A stretch of DNA of 64,000 bases from an uncultured bacterium (GTDB lineage: Bacteria > CSSED10-310 > CAZUFC01): positions 20,111 through 84,110 of the forward strand of contig CAZUFC010000018.1 in assembly GCA_964619725.1 (NCBI GenBank), given 5' to 3'. The notes under the pieces were generated by a model. That model did not search any database. It saw only the letters and a program-made list of their open reading frames with translations, and had not been told where the DNA came from. Positions 29,268-39,770 of this stretch are shown here, piece by piece. Both the position numbers and the translations under genes were made by a program. The stretch's first letter is position 1; the number at the start of each line of letters is the position of its first letter.

Positions 29268-30395
29268 TCAGTCCAGTTCCTCCGTCAATCTTGGAATCAT
29301 GCATGCCCATAGCATGGCTCGTTCTGACGTATGACCGAAGCGGCCTTTCAGCGGTTCTGAGCCGTCGGGTTCGAAGACTTCCATGTAAGTCCGGTATTTT
29401 TCTATGTGTTCGGTATATTGTTTGAGATAGAAGCGGGCTTTTTGGGGGTAGATTTTTGCAGTCATTCTGATGAAGATCGGGGCGTGAAGGGTCCAGATGG
29501 AGTCGCCTTGGTAATTGGGCATGAAGAGACGAGCCATGAGATGCGGCGGCGACTTCACATCCTTTTTTTCATGGTATTTCAAGGGGAAAGGTTTATCCAG
29601 CATCTTGCCGATTATAGCATCGATGGATTTTTTCATCATACCTTCGTCGTTGATTATGCCTGTCCAGTAAGGCCATACGTTTGCGTCGGACGAGCAGACG
29701 GGCTCATCGTCCTGCAGATCGTTGCGGAAATATTTGCCTGTCCAGAATGCCTTTATGAATTCATTTATCAGGTCTTCTTCGTCAAAAGGATTATCCAAAA
29801 TGTCCTCAAATTCTTTCAGCAACTCAGCGCAGAAAATCATGAAAGTATTGTCAGTGCATGAGCGTTTCCGTCCGGCTACGTCTTTAACGTTTGAAAAGTA
29901 ACGATTTGCAACTGTTTTCCGTTTTTTATCGAACACCGTTTTATAATATGTCCAGATTTCTTTGTTCAGCAGACTACGGTATTCAGCGGCCAGTTCTTTT
30001 TTTCCGGATTTTAAGAGGCAAAAAAGGAGGTAAGGGAGTGAGTCTGAGGAGTAGGTATAGATATTGACGGCAGCTTTTGACTGAAATATGGTCGTAGAGA
30101 TTTTTCCGTTTAGTTTATAGACATTGAGCGCCCATTTCAGGTTTTGAACGAGTTTGTATTTGTAACCGAGATAAAGGAGGTCTTCTATGCACCAGCCCAG
30201 GTCTCTGATCCAGAACTGGTCCAGATGTACTGCTCCGGCTTTGAAGTAACTGCCGTTCCAGCAATCGTCGGCGATAGATTTGCAGATTTGAACGGCATTA
30301 CCCTGGTATTTTTTGTATTTTTTTTTTGAGAGATCGTGCCTGAGCAGTCTTACGCCTTCTTTGATCATAATCCAGGAGTTGGCGATTCTGTTCAT
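29268..30395 (-). CDS. Putative (alpha/alpha)6 six-hairpin glycoside hydrolase
   Basis: QFWIRDLGW, DSLPYL, FWTGKYFRND, NYQGDSIW and YMEVFEPDG resemble invertase/debranching-type (a/a)6 barrels. Probable ATG at 30395. Confidence 0.6.
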   Translation of the reverse strand: MNRIANSWIMIKEGVRLLRHDLSKKKYKKYQGNAVQICKSIADDCWNGSYFKAGAVHLDQFWIRDLGWCIEDLLYLGYKYKLVQNLKWALNVYKLNGKISTTIFQSKAAVNIYTYSSDSLPYLLFCLLKSGKKELAAEYRSLLNKEIWTYYKTVFDKKRKTVANRYFSNVKDVAGRKRSCTDNTFMIFCAELLKEFEDILDNPFDEEDLINEFIKAFWTGKYFRNDLQDDEPVCSSDANVWPYWTGIINDEGMMKKSIDAIIGKMLDKPFPLKYHEKKDVKSPPHLMARLFMPNYQGDSIWTLHAPIFIRMTAKIYPQKARFYLKQYTEHIEKYRTYMEVFEPDGSEPLKGRFGHTSERAMLWACMIPRLTEELD

Positions 30396-30419
30396 GATAA
30401 ATGCTTCCCTCAATCGAAA

Positions 30420-31850
30420 TTAAAGTTTAATTTTCTTCCATTTACCTCTCTGGAACCAGGTAAAAGCCATCAATCCCGAAACTGTGATGGCGATAGTTTG
30501 AGCCCAGAATATGCCGTTGACTCCCAGTTCCGGTAATTTGCTGAGGTAAAGCGCCAGGGGAACCTGCAAGCCCCACAGGCTTATTAAGGTGATAATCATG
30601 GGAGTAATAGTATCGCCGGCGCCTGCCAGGCTTCTGTTCAAAACGATGGACAATGCAAGGAAAGGCAGGCAGATAGAGGTTATACGGAGCATTGCGGCCC
30701 CGATTTTCAATACTTCGGGATTGGTATCAAAGAGGCGGATGAGTGTTTCCGGAAAAAAGAGGAAGGCCGTAAACAGTGCAGAAAGCATGATCAAGTAGAA
30801 GCCTACGGCCGAGTAGGCGCTTTTGGTTGAACGACTGACTTTACCGGCTCCCAGGTTCTGTCCGACCAGACTGGCGGAAGCTATGGCGAAGCCGAAACCG
30901 GGGAACAGGGCCAGCATGAACATGCGGTGTCCCACGCCGAAAGCCGCTACGGCAGCCGTACCGAATCCGGCGGCAATCCCCATAATCACGACTCCCATGA
31001 TGCCGCGGACGCTGAGCTGGATGGAGTTGGGTAAGCCTAAACGGATAATCGTCGCGAGTATTTTCCAGGAGGGTTTGAGATAGGCCGGGACGAATTTGAT
31101 TCTGAATTTGCCCTTGTACAAAATAAACAACATGATTAATGAAGCGATGATCCTGGAAGAAACGGTAGCTGCAGCGGCCCCTGATATGCCCATTTCCGGG
31201 AAGGGTCCCCATCCGAATATCAGAAAAGGATCGAGACACATGTTGATTACGAGGACGGAGGACATAACCTTCATCGGCGTAAAAGAATCGCCGGAGCCTT
31301 GCAATGAGGCGTTGAGCACAAAAGTCAGGAATACGAAAGAACTGAAGGAAAACATTATACTTAAGTATTGCACGCCCTGCTCTGTAACTTCAGGACTCGC
31401 TCCCATCAACCGGAAAAGGTCCGAGGAAAACATTACGCCGAAAATCGAAACGGGAACAGAAATGATGAGTCCCAATAAAACGGCGTTGGCGCAAATTCTG
31501 TCGGCCCTGTCAAAATCCTTTTTTCCGTAAGCCCGGGCAATCATGGCTGACGCTCCTGTTCCTACTCCCATAACGAACATGAACAGCAACATCATCAGGG
31601 TTCCGGCAATTGCAACGGCGGCCAGTGATTGAGACCCCAAACGGCCTACCCAGAACATGTCCACGATGTGAAAGAGACTGTTGGTGAGGTTGGTTATGAT
31701 CTGAGGTAAAGCAATTATCCATATCGATCTTGATATGCTGCCCCTGGTCAGGTCCAATTTCGTGCCCTTTTTGGTAACTCCAATAATTTCCCTCAGAAGA
31801 CTCCTGTCTCCAGGCACATAAGATTCCGATGCGTTCATCTTGTCATCCAC
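30420..31850 (-). CDS. MATE family efflux transporter
   Basis: DLTRGSI…IALP, VDMFWVGRLG…LAAV, GSGDSFTPM, NMCLDPFLIFG, VGQNLGAG; about 12 TM helices. Confidence 0.95.
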   Translation of the reverse strand: MDDKMNASESYVPGDRSLLREIIGVTKKGTKLDLTRGSISRSIWIIALPQIITNLTNSLFHIVDMFWVGRLGSQSLAAVAIAGTLMMLLFMFVMGVGTGASAMIARAYGKKDFDRADRICANAVLLGLIISVPVSIFGVMFSSDLFRLMGASPEVTEQGVQYLSIMFSFSSFVFLTFVLNASLQGSGDSFTPMKVMSSVLVINMCLDPFLIFGWGPFPEMGISGAAAATVSSRIIASLIMLFILYKGKFRIKFVPAYLKPSWKILATIIRLGLPNSIQLSVRGIMGVVIMGIAAGFGTAAVAAFGVGHRMFMLALFPGFGFAIASASLVGQNLGAGKVSRSTKSAYSAVGFYLIMLSALFTAFLFFPETLIRLFDTNPEVLKIGAAMLRITSICLPFLALSIVLNRSLAGAGDTITPMIITLISLWGLQVPLALYLSKLPELGVNGIFWAQTIAITVSGLMAFTWFQRGKWKKIKL

Positions 31851-32078
31851 GCTCTTCTACGATTGAAGAGACATTCGATTCGTTTTATTTCTATTTGGAT
31901 TATTCACGTTTTGGGCTGCTTCCTGCATTTAATGAGGCTGCTCACCTGCATTCATCCCTGAACCATTATCATCGGCCGGCGCCATTCAGCCGACCCGCAT
32001 TCTCAATTGGCGAGATTAAGGCAGTCGAAGCCTTAAGTCAAATTTACTTTTTCTGCGAGTCAACTGAAAACAGCATAA

Positions 32079-33014
32079 CTACAAAAGAACATTCAGTGCC
32101 GAGGGGCAGATGCGGAACTTCGCCGGAAGCGTTCCCGTCTGCTCGCCGTCAATATCCAGAAACACTTTTTCATCCGACAGCGCTCGAACTTCCTGCGCCC
32201 TGTGCACCTCAACTTTCTCATGAAGTATGTGCTTTCCCGAATAAATCAACGGCATTGTTCTTATAAGGTCATAGGTTTCCAGTTCTTTGATGACTACTAC
32301 ATCGAAACGGCCGTCGTCTATTTCCGCATCGGGCGCCACGCACATGCCGCCGCCGAAGTATTTTCCGTTCGATATCGCCGCTCCTACAATTTTCTGTTCA
32401 TCCAGTTCCTTTTCATCCAAATAGAGTTTAACCTTCTTGGGAGCGAAACTAAGAATAGTCATTACTGAGCTGTAAAGAAAAGAAACAAAGCCGCCGAAAA
32501 ATTTGGTCGTTCGGTTAACCCTGTCAGCGACTTCTCCTCCTATTCCCATATCCGCTATGTTGATGAATCGCCTTTCGATTTTTTTCTGAGCGTGGTCGAC
32601 AAAAGATGCGATGCCAAGGTCGACTCTTTTAATTTTCCCGTCAGTCATTTTTTGTATCTGTTTTTCATAAGGAAATTTACCGGAAAGGGTTTTTATCAGG
32701 TCCTGTCCTGTGCCGACAGATATAATCCCTAATGCTGCATCGTCGTTGACAGGGAAACCGTCCTCTTCGAAGAATCCGTTAACGATTTCATTCACTGTTC
32801 CATCGCCGCCCACCGCCACGAGCAGATCGAATCCTTTTTTCAGTTTTTCGCGAGTCAAAGAAAGGGCTTCCATGGGTTGACGCGTAAATTGAGCTTCAAA
32901 TCGCCAGCCGTTAAGCTCCATTTTTTTTCTTATAAAAGGCCATATACGGGCAGCTTTTCCATTTCCCGCATTCGGATTGATTATTACAAATATTTCAGCG
33001 GATTTTACATTCAT
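32079..33014 (-). CDS. Diacylglycerol/lipid kinase family protein (DAGK-cat, YegS/DgkB-like)
   Basis: IINPNAGNG, AVGGDGTVNEIVNG, GTGQDL, NGKYFGGGM, DDGRFDV, DIDGE. Confidence 0.93.
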   Translation of the reverse strand: MNVKSAEIFVIINPNAGNGKAARIWPFIRKKMELNGWRFEAQFTRQPMEALSLTREKLKKGFDLLVAVGGDGTVNEIVNGFFEEDGFPVNDDAALGIISVGTGQDLIKTLSGKFPYEKQIQKMTDGKIKRVDLGIASFVDHAQKKIERRFINIADMGIGGEVADRVNRTTKFFGGFVSFLYSSVMTILSFAPKKVKLYLDEKELDEQKIVGAAISNGKYFGGGMCVAPDAEIDDGRFDVVVIKELETYDLIRTMPLIYSGKHILHEKVEVHRAQEVRALSDEKVFLDIDGEQTGTLPAKFRICPSALNVLL

Positions 33015-33026
33015 TTTCCGGTTACC

Positions 33027-34139
33027 TCACGCTCCAAGCGCTTCGCTGAGCACATCCATAATGTCTTTAACTCTGCCTTCTTTTCCGTCGACGTTATTAA
33101 ACGCTCTCGTGCATTCCGGACAGGCGGTAACGAGGATATCGCCTTTGCGTACTTTGAATTCCCGGAATCTTCTTTCGGCAATGGCGGCGGCTGTTTCAGG
33201 AACGGTAAAGGACAGCCGGCTTCCATAGCCGCAACAGATTGCATCTCTTTTATGCCAATGAAATTCCTGGAATCCGTTTCGGCAGATTTTTTCCAATATC
33301 CTTCTCGGCGCCTCGAATATATTAAGTTTTCTTCCCAAATAACAGGGATCATGATAAAAAATTTTCCCCTCGACCGGATGAACCGGCTTATTTACATCAG
33401 CAACGTAAGGGGAGAAAAATTCGGTTACATGGACGAATTCCGTTCTGCTTTTGAATCCCAGGGCGGGATAACGCTCCAGAAACTCAACCAGACATTCCGG
33501 GCTATGGCAGATAACCTTTTTCGCATGCTTTATATTCTTCCAGAATTTTCCGGCATGCTTTTCAAATTCATCGGCAAATCCCAGAACATCCAGAGGTTCG
33601 CCGCAGCAAAACGGCGGTTCCGTCATGACTCCCACAAAATCGATTTCAAAGAATTTCAGGAGTTTAATAATGGAAGCTAAAGTTTTCGGACTGTTCGCAA
33701 CTAAATCGCAACCAGGAAAATAGAGGACTTCTGCATCATTGACTTTGTATTCTTCGGGAACATAGTGATCGAGATTTTTTTTCAAGTCGGTTTTGTGAAG
33801 GCTGCCGAAATGAGTGAAATTCCGTTTCAAATTTCTGGTATCTCTGGAGATAAGTTTCAAATCGACGGCTTGTCGTCTTGCTTTTCTCATGACGTCGGGT
33901 ATTACGACGTCGTGATCGCAATATTCAAAGCATGCCATACAGAAGGCACAATGATGAAACAAAGAGGCGGTTTCGACGTCGAAAGGTCTAAAGCCTTTTT
34001 CGACAAGATAAAACAGCGTCTGCCTGCCCCATGGCGTAGACGTTTCGCTGCTTTCAGCAACGGCGACAGGGCATGAAAACCGGCACAATTTAGGACAATA
34101 AGCGCAATATCTGGTTTCCCATCCCGGTTCGTCAGTCAT
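33027..34139 (-). CDS. Fe-S oxidoreductase, GlcF/GlpC/HdrD-like (two ferredoxin motifs + two CCG domains)
   Basis: CAYCPKLCRFSCP, CAFCMACFEYC, YFPGC…CCG…SPEC, YHDPCYLGR…CCG…TACPEC. The ATG at 34139 overlaps the upstream stop. Confidence 0.9.
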   Translation of the reverse strand: MTDEPGWETRYCAYCPKLCRFSCPVAVAESSETSTPWGRQTLFYLVEKGFRPFDVETASLFHHCAFCMACFEYCDHDVVIPDVMRKARRQAVDLKLISRDTRNLKRNFTHFGSLHKTDLKKNLDHYVPEEYKVNDAEVLYFPGCDLVANSPKTLASIIKLLKFFEIDFVGVMTEPPFCCGEPLDVLGFADEFEKHAGKFWKNIKHAKKVICHSPECLVEFLERYPALGFKSRTEFVHVTEFFSPYVADVNKPVHPVEGKIFYHDPCYLGRKLNIFEAPRRILEKICRNGFQEFHWHKRDAICCGYGSRLSFTVPETAAAIAERRFREFKVRKGDILVTACPECTRAFNNVDGKEGRVKDIMDVLSEALGA

Positions 34140-36975
34140 AATGTATCTCCCTGAAAGCGGGGATTGAAGCCAGAAAACGACGAGCCTCCTTCGCCATTGT
34201 CCATTTTTCCTCCGGATAGTATAAAAGCTCACCTTTGCGTTTAAGCATCAGAAGGCTTAATCCCGCTTTTTCAGCCGTCTTTTTAATATCTTCATCACTC
34301 GGCAGGGCACTTTTTTTCATTTTTATCCAAAGCGTCGCTCCGTGCTTATTGCATCTGCTGAGCATCGCCGGTTCTCCGCAGACATCATTGAAGAATGAAT
34401 CGTTGCTGAATATTATCAGCAGGTCTTTCCAGATTCCTGAAACGGAAATCATCCGCTCATTCATTTTCAGGTTGAACAATTCTGAATTTTTTTCAATTTG
34501 CACCTCAGATAACCTGTCGCCGATATTTTTCATGCTTTTTTGAAATCGCTCGAGTTGGATGGACGCTCTTTTGCGGTCTCCGTATGACGTGGCCTGTACA
34601 AGTAATTTTCGTCCGCCGTCATCGAACAGCATTTCGCAATGAAGAGTCGTCATATCGGCTGCCAGGAGTCCGGCGATCGCTTTAAGAGTTTTCCGGGCAT
34701 CTGAAGTTTGAAAAATTTCACTTGCGGCCGCTTTTTCTATTCTGCGTATTTTGAACCTTACCGCAGTCATCAGCACGAAATGACCGCCCGAACCTATGAA
34801 AAGAGGCTTCAGATCGGGGCCTGCAGCGGAAGCGGGAACATTCCTGGTTTTTAATTCCGATCCGTCCGGAAGAAGGCCGGTCCAGGATAAAATGGAATTT
34901 TCAAGACTCATTTCCGTCAATCCGTCAGGATAAACCATGCGAGCGCCGAGCAGACCTCCGAGAGTACCTTCATCATATCGATTGCAGGCGAAGGCCGGCC
35001 TGTAACCCTCTTCTTTGAGTTTTTCAATGATGTCCTTGATTTTTGCTCCGCTTTCGGCTTCCGCTGTCATGGTAATGGGGTCCGGCTTGAAGATGCGGTT
35101 AAGCGAAGTCATTCTAATGATATATGCGCCGCTCAATTCACCCGGATTAAAAAAAGTTCTCGTTCCGTTACCCACAACATAAATTTTTTTATTTTTACCG
35201 AACAATAAGCTTATGCATTCCGCCAATTGATTTTTGTTCTCCGGCATCATGATGCATTTCGGTAAATCCGCTTTTTCCGGCGTCATGAAGGGTAATGACT
35301 TTTTCACGAAATCGGCGATTTCGGCGCTGTCTTTTATGATCCCTTTTTTTCCTGCAATAGTTTCCAGTCCTCTCACCGTATCTTTTCTCTTTTTAGTCTT
35401 TTTCGGAACATCAATATTGTCAGGATTCAGACTCATTTTACCGGGATTCATTAAACCACCGGGATCAATAACGCTTTTGAAGCTACGCAAGACATTGATG
35501 CCGTTGCCTTTTTCTTTCGGCATCCAATTTTGCTTAAGGAACCCTATACCATGATGATGAGATATCGTCGCATCGCATTCGAGAAAAGCATCGAGGGCTT
35601 GCGCCCATACCCATTGATGCGTTTTCAGCGCTGTTTCAGCATCATTTTCATTTCCCACGACAGAAAAATAAATGGAACATCCTTCGGGGTAGGGATGAGA
35701 AAAATGCGCCATAATGAATGCCTTTTTACGGACCTTACTTATAACGGCATGGTATAGAGCTTCCACTTTATCCCAGGTTGCGCAGGTTTCTATCGTATCG
35801 ACGAAGGAGCCAGCGTCGAAAATTTTCGATTGGTTGTATGACACGTGATAGCGGTTGTTCCACCAGTTTTCAGCGGGTTGGCTGCCGGCGTTTTCTCCGT
35901 CGTTTTTCTCGCATATATCCGTTGCAGCCTTAAGATCATGGGCAGATATTTCGTCATTCCCTTCAAACGTCATAATCAGTAAACATTTGTCGGGAATGAT
36001 GCCCGCCGGCAGGTTCAGTTTTGTCGGATGAGCGAGCAACCAGGCTTCGCTTCTGGAATAGATGGATTTCGATATAAATTCAAGTGCCTTGAACAAATGT
36101 GTATTCAGCAGTTGCGCCGTAAGAGGCGTTTTACCTCCGGAGGATTTCCCCACGAGCAGGGTGTCGAAGGGATCGTACAGTCTGACGGCTGCAGGTTTAA
36201 CGTCGCTCTGCATTATTTCCCGTATAGCGTTCAAAGCATCCTTTAAGTTTTTAAAATAGAATCCCTGAAAACATCGCGCCGCCGGTTTCCGGTATATTTT
36301 AAGCGTAGCCTGGGTAATGACGCCCAGGGTTCCTTCCGCTCCCACGAACAGTTCTCCCGCGTTCTTCTCATGCGAAGGAAAAAGTTCAGGTGACGTCGTT
36401 TCAACGATCTTTCCATTCGGTAAAACTACTCTTAGAGCAACGATCATATCTTCAATCTTGCCGTACCGGGGGGAAAGCTGCCCTGCGCTTCGAGCGCTGA
36501 TCCAGCCTCCCAAAGCCGAGCAGTAAATGGACGAAGGGAAATGACCGAGAGTAAACCCGCGATATTGCAGTTCCCTTTCCAGTATTTCACCGATGATGCC
36601 GGTTTGAACTTTAGCGATAAGGCTGTTTTTATCCAGGGAAATGATGCGATTCATACGCTTCATATCCAAAATGACGCCGCCTTCCAACGGCGCTGTTCCT
36701 CCGCATACCCCTGAGCCGCAACCAAAGGGAACGACAGGAACGGATTCCGCCCGGCAAACCTCCAATATCCGGGAAATTTGTCGTTCGTTTTTGGGTTTAA
36801 CTATTATTGAAGGAAAGGGACAATATTTGCCGGCTCTTAATTTGATGATCGACCGAGGGTCCAGGTCCCTTGAATAGGCTATTTTATCCGGCTCGTTATG
36901 CGAAATGTTCGGTTTTTTGACGATTTTTTCAAGTTTTTTTTCTACGGCGCTCAGTTTTTGTATTCGTTCATTCAT
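34132..36975 (-). CDS. Alkyl-dihydroxyacetonephosphate synthase (AGPS)-like FAD enzyme fused to a second GlcE-like FAD-binding domain
   Basis: PFGCGSGVCGG, LGHFPSSIYCSALGGWISARSAGQLSPRYGKIED, GAEGTLGVIT, AVRLYD, AHFSHPYPEGCSIYF, SHHHGIG (AGPS His triplet) and DPGGLMNPGK. After a Lys-rich linker comes a second FAD-PCMH domain (GTLGG, GPDLKPLFIGSGG). Confidence 0.85.
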   Translation of the reverse strand: MNERIQKLSAVEKKLEKIVKKPNISHNEPDKIAYSRDLDPRSIIKLRAGKYCPFPSIIVKPKNERQISRILEVCRAESVPVVPFGCGSGVCGGTAPLEGGVILDMKRMNRIISLDKNSLIAKVQTGIIGEILERELQYRGFTLGHFPSSIYCSALGGWISARSAGQLSPRYGKIEDMIVALRVVLPNGKIVETTSPELFPSHEKNAGELFVGAEGTLGVITQATLKIYRKPAARCFQGFYFKNLKDALNAIREIMQSDVKPAAVRLYDPFDTLLVGKSSGGKTPLTAQLLNTHLFKALEFISKSIYSRSEAWLLAHPTKLNLPAGIIPDKCLLIMTFEGNDEISAHDLKAATDICEKNDGENAGSQPAENWWNNRYHVSYNQSKIFDAGSFVDTIETCATWDKVEALYHAVISKVRKKAFIMAHFSHPYPEGCSIYFSVVGNENDAETALKTHQWVWAQALDAFLECDATISHHHGIGFLKQNWMPKEKGNGINVLRSFKSVIDPGGLMNPGKMSLNPDNIDVPKKTKKRKDTVRGLETIAGKKGIIKDSAEIADFVKKSLPFMTPEKADLPKCIMMPENKNQLAECISLLFGKNKKIYVVGNGTRTFFNPGELSGAYIIRMTSLNRIFKPDPITMTAEAESGAKIKDIIEKLKEEGYRPAFACNRYDEGTLGGLLGARMVYPDGLTEMSLENSILSWTGLLPDGSELKTRNVPASAAGPDLKPLFIGSGGHFVLMTAVRFKIRRIEKAAASEIFQTSDARKTLKAIAGLLAADMTTLHCEMLFDDGGRKLLVQATSYGDRKRASIQLERFQKSMKNIGDRLSEVQIEKNSELFNLKMNERMISVSGIWKDLLIIFSNDSFFNDVCGEPAMLSRCNKHGATLWIKMKKSALPSDEDIKKTAEKAGLSLLMLKRKGELLYYPEEKWTMAKEARRFLASIPAFREIHYD

Positions 36976-37056
36976 CGTTTATTTTCCATCTGAAAAATTA
37001 GAAATGTTCTTTCCGGTTCGCAAAGCATCAGGGTTATGCCCCGGCCTATCAGCAAA

Positions 37057-38283
37057 TCAGCGCTTTTCATTACCGCTTTCAGATTGCTTAAGAAATTCTG
37101 AGAAAGTCATAACCGGAAAATCGTCTAAATCCGAGAACTTTCTGAAAACATAACGGCTGGTAGGACAAAATGTGACCATAATTTTCGCCTTTGAGAGGAA
37201 AGCCCGTTGCACGCCTTGAGCCGCCATTGCTTTAACCAGTTTCTTGTGAGTGATTCCCGCGCCTCCGCCTGCGCCGCAACAGGGAGCGGTTTCCGGGTCC
37301 TGGTCCATGTTCGTTATTTCCGCTCCCGTTTGTTTCAGGAGCATTCTGTTCAGAACGCCCAGGTTTTCATACCGGGTAAGCAGACAGGGATCGTGTATAA
37401 ATATCTTTTCGGGGATGCTCAACGACGGCAAACGGTTTCGAAGCGCTTCGGTAATAAAGAGAATCCTGAATGAATGTTTGAAGTAAGGGCTGTTTTTAAA
37501 GAAAAGGAAGCAACCGGGACATCCCGTTATAATTGTGTCTGCACCTGCTTTTCTCAACATCTCCAAATTACGGCGAATCAAGTTCTCCTGTTCTGAAGAT
37601 GGGAAGCCGAAAACATCAAGTATCCTCCCGCAACAGACTTCATCGATTAAGCCGGCTTGCAGGCCTGCTTTTTTTAACCAATAAAGATCATGGTCCGCTG
37701 TTTCAGGACTTCTCCACCGGACCGTGCAACCTCTGAAATATACGATTTGAAATTTACCGGTTGCCTGGCCTCCGGACTGCCCGAAAATATTTCCGCTTTG
37801 CTGCAGGTTCTTTATCGTTTTTTGAATTTTTTCAGGAAGCTGTTCCCGTGACGTCCGGTAAACCGAGCTCCGCACGAATTTGACCATCTGAGCGACAGGA
37901 ACTTCCTCCGGGCAAACAGACTCGCATTGCCGACATAGCAGGCACATGTAAAGCCGGTCTGTCGTGGAACGACTTTCCGGAACAGAACGGCCGTAAGCCG
38001 TCACGTATTCCCGTGGGCCGGGAAATTCCGGCAGACTGCCGGTTTTTACTAGTTCACAATGATCTTCGCATAGTCCGCAACTGACGCATCTTTCAAATTC
38101 AGGCAATCTTTTCAGGTCGTTGAAAGTATAACCGGAGATTCTGTCTTCATGATACGTTTTCTCAAATTCATCAGCCTGATCGCTTCTGGATTTGAATATT
38201 CCGGCGATTCTTTGAAAAAGATGAATATTGAACCTGATACCCAGATGAAAAATGGCGCTGATCGCTCCTCTTATCTTCCCCAT
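37057..38283 (-). CDS. glpC: Anaerobic glycerol-3-phosphate dehydrogenase subunit C-like Fe-S protein
   Basis: CVSCGLCEDHC, CLLCRQCESVCP, YFRGC…CCG…TGCPGC, HDPC…CCGAGGG; follows glpA-glpB. Probable ATG at 38283. Confidence 0.75.
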   Translation of the reverse strand: MGKIRGAISAIFHLGIRFNIHLFQRIAGIFKSRSDQADEFEKTYHEDRISGYTFNDLKRLPEFERCVSCGLCEDHCELVKTGSLPEFPGPREYVTAYGRSVPESRSTTDRLYMCLLCRQCESVCPEEVPVAQMVKFVRSSVYRTSREQLPEKIQKTIKNLQQSGNIFGQSGGQATGKFQIVYFRGCTVRWRSPETADHDLYWLKKAGLQAGLIDEVCCGRILDVFGFPSSEQENLIRRNLEMLRKAGADTIITGCPGCFLFFKNSPYFKHSFRILFITEALRNRLPSLSIPEKIFIHDPCLLTRYENLGVLNRMLLKQTGAEITNMDQDPETAPCCGAGGGAGITHKKLVKAMAAQGVQRAFLSKAKIMVTFCPTSRYVFRKFSDLDDFPVMTFSEFLKQSESGNEKR

Positions 38284-38299
38284 GATCCGGCTTTTCCTT

Positions 38300-39688
38300 T
38301 CAACCGCCTCCCGCAAAAAGCGAAGGAACATTCAATCCGGCGGCGTATCCCGTCAAAAGAGCGGTCCCTAATCCGCAACTTTCCTCTACAGGATCGTAAC
38401 CGCTCAGGACAGAACCGGCGAGCATGACATTTTTCCAGATGACCTTACCGGTGTCATCTACGGGACGTAACATGCCGTCGGTCCATATGCCCGATGAAAA
38501 CAACGGTTGTTTTCCGAAAAAAGATGGATGGCTTAATTTGGCTGCGTTCGCGGCGCTCAGAACTCCATCGCGTGATTGAAGTTCAAGGTTCAACAATTTA
38601 TTACAAACAGCGCCCTTATCGTTTAATTCGGTTCCGGCAAACCGTCCGACTGCGAAAATAAAAGCGTCTGCCTCGATTATCAGTTCGGCGCCTGATATCT
38701 TTCTCAGACAGACCGCTTCAATTCCGTCTCCTTCCGTATTAAATTTAACCGATGCGATACGGCCCCGGAGAACAGGAATACCGGCAGACATCAGCATTTT
38801 TTCCAGTCTGCGTTTTATCCTGATTCCCGCAGCCCCGGGAAACGGCGATACTATCTCAGCGACGGATTTGTTCAGCTCATTTTCCAGTATCTGCAGACAT
38901 TCTTCATGCCGCTCCAGTCCCAGAACACAGGGAAAAATCACCATATCAACATCGTTCGAGAGCGATTTCAATTCAGTTTTCACTTTTTCAGCGATTTTAA
39001 GGGAACAAGAAGCATCATCCAATTTTCTTGCGATTTGAGCGGCTTTGATTTCGTGGGAATTCTTCAAATCATCCAGCTCTAATTCGCATGCCTTAACTGA
39101 TTTACTGAAAGAACCGGATGATAATGAGTTTTGTAATTTTTCTTTGAGGAATGCCGAGATATACCCGGCTGAAAATTCCGGATATTGTTTAAAACCTGTA
39201 ATCAGAAGCGATTTCGAGTTCAGATTTTCTCTTCTACATTCGTAAAAGGCCGGCAGGCAATAATCGGTCCAACGATAGGCGCCGAAGGAGGTCAAAAGTT
39301 CTATCGATCTCTCAGGCGTTCCTTTCCAATATGATTCGTCCTCGCCGTCATCGAATGCTTCAACAACGGCACGAACAGCTTTTGAAAGTCCGCCGTTATC
39401 ATTTTTACTTCGGATAATTTCCGCTACTTTGGCATAAGGATGTTCCGGATTGCGCTCGATAAGCCGCTTTATCCTCTGATCTAAATTCAAGTCCCGGCGG
39501 TTATTAATTCGATAATAGTCGTCCCACTCGGTGGGAGAAGCGAAATGAAGCAAGCCCGATGAAAGTTGCGTTTCACCTCCCCCGCCTTCAAGGACGCACA
39601 AATTGAGACCGGATTCTTTCGCTTTCAGGGCTGCCATCGTTCCTGCAGCTTCTGCCCCTGCGATGATCAGATCGTAACGCCGGTTCAT
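38300..39688 (-). CDS. glpB: Anaerobic glycerol-3-phosphate dehydrogenase subunit B-like flavoprotein
   Basis: YDLIIAGA…G, LSSGLL, FPCVLGL, GIRI, AVGRF, GIWTD…LRP, NV.LAGSVL.GYDP…CGLGTALLTGY.AG. Confidence 0.85.
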   Translation of the reverse strand: MNRRYDLIIAGAEAAGTMAALKAKESGLNLCVLEGGGGETQLSSGLLHFASPTEWDDYYRINNRRDLNLDQRIKRLIERNPEHPYAKVAEIIRSKNDNGGLSKAVRAVVEAFDDGEDESYWKGTPERSIELLTSFGAYRWTDYCLPAFYECRRENLNSKSLLITGFKQYPEFSAGYISAFLKEKLQNSLSSGSFSKSVKACELELDDLKNSHEIKAAQIARKLDDASCSLKIAEKVKTELKSLSNDVDMVIFPCVLGLERHEECLQILENELNKSVAEIVSPFPGAAGIRIKRRLEKMLMSAGIPVLRGRIASVKFNTEGDGIEAVCLRKISGAELIIEADAFIFAVGRFAGTELNDKGAVCNKLLNLELQSRDGVLSAANAAKLSHPSFFGKQPLFSSGIWTDGMLRPVDDTGKVIWKNVMLAGSVLSGYDPVEESCGLGTALLTGYAAGLNVPSLFAGGG

Positions 39689-39770
39689 CGGTAATCCCTC
39701 CGGTATTTCCGGTTGCCGGGTAAAAGGAGGCGGCAGAAGCGCCCCTGGTTGAATAGGAGAGTATTACAAT

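Noticed and set aside
32877-33680. 267-aa plus-strand ORF and other long ORFs overlapping real genes
   Set aside because: Antisense to well-supported genes, with no motifs of their own.
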